Assembly (NCBI RefSeq): GCF_009914755.1
Contig: NC_060947.1
DNA from: the human T2T-CHM13v2.0 reference genome, Homo sapiens
Strand: one strand, 5' to 3'
Length of the DNA: 64,000 bases
Part shown: positions 57,562 to 64,000 of the stretch, in pieces
Numbering within the stretch: the stretch's first letter is position 1
Layout: the number at the start of each line of letters is the position of its first letter
Program-made: the position numbers and the translations under genes
Notes under the pieces: generated by a model
Told to the model about the DNA's origin: nothing
The model's database searches: none
Seen by the model: the letters and a program-made list of their open reading frames with translations, nothing else

Positions 57562-59089
57562 CAAGGTCAGCTTTGTGGGTGTGCAGCCTGTGCAATAAAT
57601 AGCACAGGATCCCCTCTCAGAAGGGCCCTGTACTTGGCTTAATGCTCTACTGCCAACGATCTTGAAATCCTTGATAACGTTATCTTTGAACCTGTGTTTC
57701 CTCAGTAACATCTGATGGGTCGATGGAGCACGTGCGTGAGCAGCACAGATACATTGGGTGGCGCGGCAGGCACAGCCGACAGCACGGCCAAGAGATTGCC
57801 CTGGGAGCCCAGGACACACATGCATGCCTTGGGGCAGTTCAGGGTGTCGGGCAGTCCATGGCCCAGATTGGCAGTGGCAATGGCTGCAGCAGAAGTGGCA
57901 GCTGTGGTACAGCAGAGAGGAGGGGCTCTGCATGGGGTGGGAAGCCAGCTTGTCCCTCAATCCCTGGAGCCGATCCCTGTGGTGTCTGCACAAATGTTAA
58001 CTCTCCAGCCTGAGCACCAGGACAGAAATTGACAGAGTTCAAACAGTAGATTTTGTCAGTAAATTATTAAAAAATAAAAGCATGCACATGGTTGTTGCAA
58101 TAAAGCATATCAGAGAGTTGTTAGAATTTTTCAGAGTTTAGAATCTCAGGTTTTAAAAGCCACTGCAATATTATATGAAAAATATCCAAAGGTTTAGAAA
58201 TAAAAATTAAATTTAAAGATTGCCAACTTGGACAGAAAAGAACACTATTTTCCTAGGAAGCTTCAGATGAACTGATTATTAACAAAGACAACTTTTAAAT
58301 TAATTTTTCCTTGTAATTGAATATACAGTGATAGAATGCACCAACAGGCATTTTGAATTATATATAAATCATGAAGCCAGTTTCGATTTCTTCTATGACC
58401 TCCACAAGTTACAGGAAATGTCAGATAAAATATTCAAATGCCATTGTATAAATTTACATTTAAAATTAAATTCAGACTTGCACAAAGTTGATTTGTATAA
58501 AGAGTTAAATTTTTTTAGAAAAATTGTTTCATGAGAATTACCAGCTCTAGATGTACTGAAATATATATTTTGAAATAATTTAGCAGAAATTTATCCCAAT
58601 GTTGTCACAGCCTATAAAAATTCTCTTAACAGCTTTAATAACAGTTGCATCAGCAGAAAGATCTTTTTCAAAATTAAAAATTATCAGTTATCTGCAATCT
58701 CGCATTTGCCAAGAGTGACTGATGTCGCTTTCAATTTATATCGATTGAAGATGAAGTTGCTAAAAGTATAAATTTTGATGACATAGTAAATGAATTTTCA
58801 GAAAAGTGAGCCAGAAAAATATTATGATCAATCAAGATATCACATTAATAAAGTATTATTTATTGTATTACATAAAATTATGACACCCAAAATATTGTTT
58901 TGTAATTTATCAGTTTATGTTGTTATTTACATATCACTATTACTTCTATTATGTTTTATAAGTAGTGAAACATTTTTAAAAGAAAAAGCTTTATATTTTA
59001 ATGCTTGTAAGAGCACTTTTTCCTGCTTTTTAAGCAAAGGTCCCCACATTTTCACTTTGCAATGAGCCCCACAAATGTAGGTGACCCTG
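57562..59089 (+). mobile_element. hAT-Tip100 DNA transposon (Zaphod/MER91-type ends) with a decayed transposase C-terminus
   Basis: MER91-like termini; 8-bp flanks CCTGCCCA/CCTGCTAA; 58574-58690 translates NNLAEIYPNVVTAYK/(frameshift)ILLTALITVASAERSFSKLKII, an hATC dimerisation motif. Confidence 0.85.
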
Positions 59090-59304
59090 CCTGCTAAGTT
59101 TGCTCACCAAATTTTCCAGGACAAATAGGTTAGGTCTGTGGCCTTCAGGCCTGACCCTGTGACCTTCTTCTGGCTGCAACATCCCCTCCGTTCTTACTCT
59201 CATGGTTAGCAATAGTAATAACAAGAAGTAAAGAGTGCAGAGAAAGGCATTCTTGGACCTGAGACCTTCCTTAACCTTTGTCTTCACAAACTAGGCTTTT
59301 ATCC

Positions 59305-59756
59305 CACCTTATGGTGGATTCCCAGAAAACAGACTTTGAGATAAAGTTGCATGAACAAAGTTGATTAGGGAGCGTCTTGGGAATTGTATCTATAAGGGAA
59401 TGAAGAAGGCAGAACTGAAACAAAGGAGAAGCTGACTTGCAGATTGGTTGCAACTGAGACCTCAGACAATCCTATAGGGAGCTCTGGAGCTGAGATGGCT
59501 CTTCAGAGTCCAATTTGAGGCAGGAGGTCCTTGGTCTTTGTATTCCTGCAGCACCCAGCCAGTCATTGGCAGCAGCGAAAAAGCATGACCTTGGGCAAGG
59601 AAGTTCACTGTAGCTGAGGACAGTTCCCACATTGGGGACATGGCTATGAGCCCTCAGCAGCTGGGGGCTGGGTAGGTTGGCCCTGCTATCAAGTGGACAA
59701 TTGGTCTCCTTAGCCCGGAAGAGAGATCTGGATAGAGCACAACAGTATCTGCTATA
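59305..59756 (-). mobile_element. LTR16-family 3' LTR of the adjacent ERVL provirus
   Basis: Reverse LTR16 terminus GGATTCCCAGAAAACAGACTTTGAGA; PPT-like AAGGGTGGAC immediately upstream on the minus strand. Confidence 0.7.
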
Positions 59757-61416
59757 GTCCACCCTTGCGCCACTTCAGCCACTTGCTTCTTATGATGAGT
59801 TTACCCCATTTGGGAAGAGCTTGTCCAAGATTCTGGAGTCTTGTTTTCTGGGAAACTTCAAAGAAAAGGGTTAATGGCAGAACTGTAGCCTCTCCTGCTG
59901 CTGCTGCTGCTGTAGGTTTTGAAGCCATAATAGATCCTCCTCCTCCTCCACCTTTTATAGATTCCCCTTAACTAGCACCCCTGATATCTAGTTGCCTTTC
60001 CTGGTGAAGTGATAAAGACCTGAAAGGGCTGAACTCTGGGTTACCGTGGCCTTACTGGGCTGTGACTGCTGAACTTGTCCATTTACCATTAACATCAGGC
60101 ATAAGAGTACCAAGAGATCCATCAGTGGATCATTTGGGAGCCTTATTCCTCACAGTCCCAACTGTGTGGCAGCAGCTCTGTCTCCTCCTAGTGATCAGAG
60201 ATGGTGACTCCTTTCCTGGTTTGCTGGGTACTTGGCCTAAAGAGCCCAAAGAGACTGGGAGGCCACAGATTCTTAAAGTTTAGTGAAAATCCTACTGTTT
60301 GCCCTAATATGAGCATTCCTCTTCTGAGAACCAAGACCTGTAGATCCATTATGGGGGCCAGAAGCACAAATCTCCCAAGTGGATCAAAGGGATTGATAGT
60401 AAGTGGGGCCACTCCTACTTCTACCTCTTAGTTCCTGAATCCATATATCACACCTGTTGGGGCTATAGCACCATATAATCATTGTTGATGCAGAATAAGT
60501 ACAATCCTCTGGAGGATAGCATCCCACCCTCACAGAATCTTACCTCCACATTGGTGTATCAGCTACATCATTAACAAACCATTTCTTTTCTCTATCATGC
60601 CAACAGCTTCTCGGTGGTACAGCATATGATAAACCAAATAGACAGTGGTCATGTGCCCACTGTTGTGTCTCATTTGCTGTAAAGAGGGTCCCTCTGTCTG
60701 AGGTGACATTATGTGAGATTCTAAATTACTGGATCGAACTCTCTATAAGCCCCCACTCAGGCAGTAGTGCTAGCTGAGCCTCAGTGGGCAGGAAAGAAAA
60801 ACCTGTATTGTAACTATGTACTGATCTCAGTCAAAATGAATCATTGCCCTTTCCAGAGTGGAGATCAACTTGCTACCAAGTGGATGATTGGTCTACTTGA
60901 GGAATGGCGCCATATTGGGAGTTTAGCACTGATCTCTGTTAATGGCAGGTTGGACATTCAACAGTGCCAATAGTTAGATCAGCCTTAGTGACAGAGAGCC
61001 CATGCCACTGGGTCCATGAATAACCCCTGTCACTGTCCCCATGGCTACTTCATTCATGTGCTTATTATGGCATTGTGCCATCACTGAGGTGGTCAATGAT
61101 AGATAATGGCTGATGTCAACTGGCAGGGTCATTTTGTCCACTTAATTGTTTAGTGCCTCTTCTAAAATAGATGCTCTCTGGTGAATATTTATGTGTGATA
61201 CAAAGATGTTCACACTTTGTTTCCACCTTCATAGGTTCCCCCACATGCCTCTTCCCCAGAACTCCTTTCTCTAATCTTCTAATCTTTCTCCTTCCAGGAT
61301 CCTGACCAATCAGCCTGGCCACTTGTCACTGCCCATGAGTCTGTGTATTTTCTTACTTCAGACCCATTCTCTTTCTGCACTAGGTATATGACCAGGTGCA
61401 TCACCCAGATCTATGC

Positions 61417-61784
61417 TGTATTAGTCTGTTCTCACACTGCTAATAAAGACATACCCAAGACTGGGTAATTTAGAAAGGAAAGAAGTTTAATGGACTCACA
61501 GTTCCACATGGCTGGGGAGGCCTCACAATCATGGCAGAAGGTGAAGGAGGAACAAAGGCACATCTAACATGGAGACAGACAAGAGAGCTTGTGCAGGGGA
61601 ACTCCTCCTTTGATGATTATAAAACCATCAGGTCTTGTGAGACTTATTCACTATCATGAGAACAGCACAGGAAAAACCCACCCTCATGATTCAATTACCT
61701 CCCACTGGCTCCCTCCCACGACACATGGGGATTATTACAATTCAAGATGAGATTTGGGTGGGGACACAGAGCCAAACCATATTA
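61417..61784 (-). mobile_element. THE1B-like LTR inserted in the ERVL internal region
   Basis: TGTATTAGTCTGTTCTCACACTGCTAATAAAGAC...CAAACCATATTA; flanks TATGC/TGTGC. Confidence 0.9.
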
Positions 61785-62514
61785 TGTGCCCACTGAGGGA
61801 TGTTTCTTCACTTCTGTCTTTCAGGGCCATCCTTGAGTAGGGTATAGCATGGCAGTTGTCTATTTTTGGCTTGCACCAGCATACCAAGTTGACCCATCTG
61901 TGAATTAAGCTATTTCCCTTATACATCAGCTGGTCATAAAGAACTTCCCAAACGTGGCTAGATGAGGTCAGCTAGGGACAGATGCTGGTGTAACAGTGGT
62001 AGATGGCATGGGCACCTACAGTACCTGTTTGTGTAACTTACTTGTGCCTTCTGATCCTACATGTACACAATCCAGGAGTACCATTCTCATCATACAAGGG
62101 ATTGCTGCTGGGCCTGTTTGAACTTATGATTTGGTAAGTCTTACAGTCCCAGCTCATGATGGGCAGTTCTGATCACATGGTCACTTGATATTCTATATTT
62201 AGATGCTCCCTCTCTGCCAGGGTTCAGTAATACGCAAGGAGTTGCTTTCTGAAATGGCATGTTCTTATTCCAGGACCCTAAGCGTCTACATTTTGATTCT
62301 TCTATTGGTGCTTGCCATAAACTCCATCCAGCTTCTTTTCCCACAATACTTATCTTGAGTGCCAGGCCACATAGCCCAAGCCACAGGGTTCCTTGCATTG
62401 CAGCCTGGACATGCTGCAAAGCTCTTTCCCATTTGGGGCTCCACTCAAAACTGGCAGCCTTCTCTTTCACCTAGTCAATGGGTACTCACTCCCAAGTGCA
62501 GAACATGCTGCCTA

Positions 62515-62815
62515 GGCTGAGTGCAGTGGCTTATGCCTATAATCCCAGCACTTTGGGAGGCTGAGGTGAAAGGATCCAGCCCAGGAGTTTGAGACCAGCC
62601 TAGGCAACAAAGTGAGACCTCGTCTCTGCAAAAAATCAAAAAATTAGCCAGGTGTGGTGGCATGTACCTGTGGTCCCAGCTGCCCAGAAGGCTGAAGTGG
62701 GAGGATTGCTTGAGCCCAGAGGTCAAGGCTGCAGTGAGCCATGATCACACCACTGCACTCCAGCCTGGGCGACAGAGCAAGACCCTGTCTCAATAAAAAT
62801 AAAATTAGGAAAAAA
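62515..62815 (+). mobile_element. AluJ in ERVL pol
   Basis: Dimer; near-TSD ATGCTGCCT/ATGCTACCT. Confidence 0.92.
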
Positions 62816-63269
62816 AAATGCTACCTTAAGACTCTGAGGAGGCTTACCAAACATGGTGCTCCTTTCTTGGTGATGGGATGTGTGAAATGCAATAAGTCGT
62901 TGTCCTTTACTTTGCAGGGGATAGCCCAGCATGCCCTAGTCCACCGGGTCCCCCAAACCTTCACTGATCTGATAGGTCTCTAATTTTCATAGGATCTATC
63001 TCCCACTCTCTGGAGCTCATGTGTTTTATCAAGATTTCCAAAGTACTTTCCACTTCTTGCTCATCTGGTTCGATTAATGTGATGCCATCAACATGGTGCA
63101 TCCATGTGGTATTTTGCAGAATGCTTAGATAGTCCTGAGCCCTTCGGATTATACTATAAGAGAGGTTGGCAAAGATAACATAGCTCTGGAGCAAGACCAT
63201 CCATGTCTACCGCTGTCCATTCCACATGAATGAAAGCCACTACAGATAGAAAACAATGCATTTGCCAGA

Positions 63270-63345
63270 TCCATGGACACACACCATATACCATGGACAT
63301 ATACCATCCATGGACACATACCATGGACACATACCATGGACATAT
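63270..63345. repeat. Short minisatellite, ~13-bp unit CCATGGACA(C/T)ATA
   Basis: Five CCATGGACA cores with short variable interruptions. Confidence 0.85.
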
Positions 63346-63455
63346 AACCATATGCCGGAACAAAGATACCATGTCAGGCAAAGCAGTTGCAATTGGTATT
63401 ACTTCTTGAGTAAGTGGTTCACTCACATCTACCTTGATCCATCCAGTTGTTTTAG

Positions 63456-63810
<355 letters not shown>

Positions 63811-64000
63811 AAACCCTGCATTCTTTATGTCATTGAGTATGGCCCTTATCTCTGCTATCCTCCCAGGGTATGATATTGTTGATGATTTACTATCTTGGTT
63901 TGGTGTACAAAGCGGCATTTCAGAGGCTTCCACTGTGTCTTTCCCTCTGTGGTCATCCTTACTCCTTACTCCATAGGCCAAGAAACCAATATGGATGAAG

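Noticed and set aside
58328-59065. ORFs in the hAT element as a domesticated transposase
   Set aside because: The transposase frame is interrupted by stops and a frameshift; only the C-terminal region remains.
63270-63345. Repeat with short variable spacers resembling a CRISPR array
   Set aside because: Units are ~13 bp, spacers are a few nt and self-derived, the DNA is human and there are no cas genes.

Overview
Human non-coding genomic DNA (intergenic or deep intronic). The species call rests on a near-consensus AluYa5, a human-specific subfamily. I find no intact protein-coding gene; the ORF track is explained by Alu, LTR and low-complexity read-through. Most of the window is interspersed repeat: about 30 Alu copies or fragments, many MaLR (MLT1/MST/THE1) and ERVL-type (LTR16, LTR32, LTR47, MER74-like) LTRs, old L1M/L2/MIR fragments, DNA transposons (MER119-, MER44-, MER1B-like, and a 1.5-kb hAT Zaphod/MER91-type element with a decayed hATC domain) and, at the right end, a degenerate ERVL provirus (RT, RNaseH-side pol, dUTPase, 3' LTR) on the minus strand. 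Two retrocopies are recognisable: an RPS20 processed pseudogene inside a four-level nest of insertions (50051-51135) and a Y3 RNA pseudogene with a perfect 15-bp TSD (28419-28531). Several repeat-free islands rich in homeodomain/PBX/SOX/forkhead motifs are enhancer candidates. I see no convincing new biological system. The notable observations are local insertion histories and regulatory candidates. Repeat subfamily names come from remembered consensus sequences and need RepeatMasker/Dfam confirmation; boundaries without a TSD are approximate.
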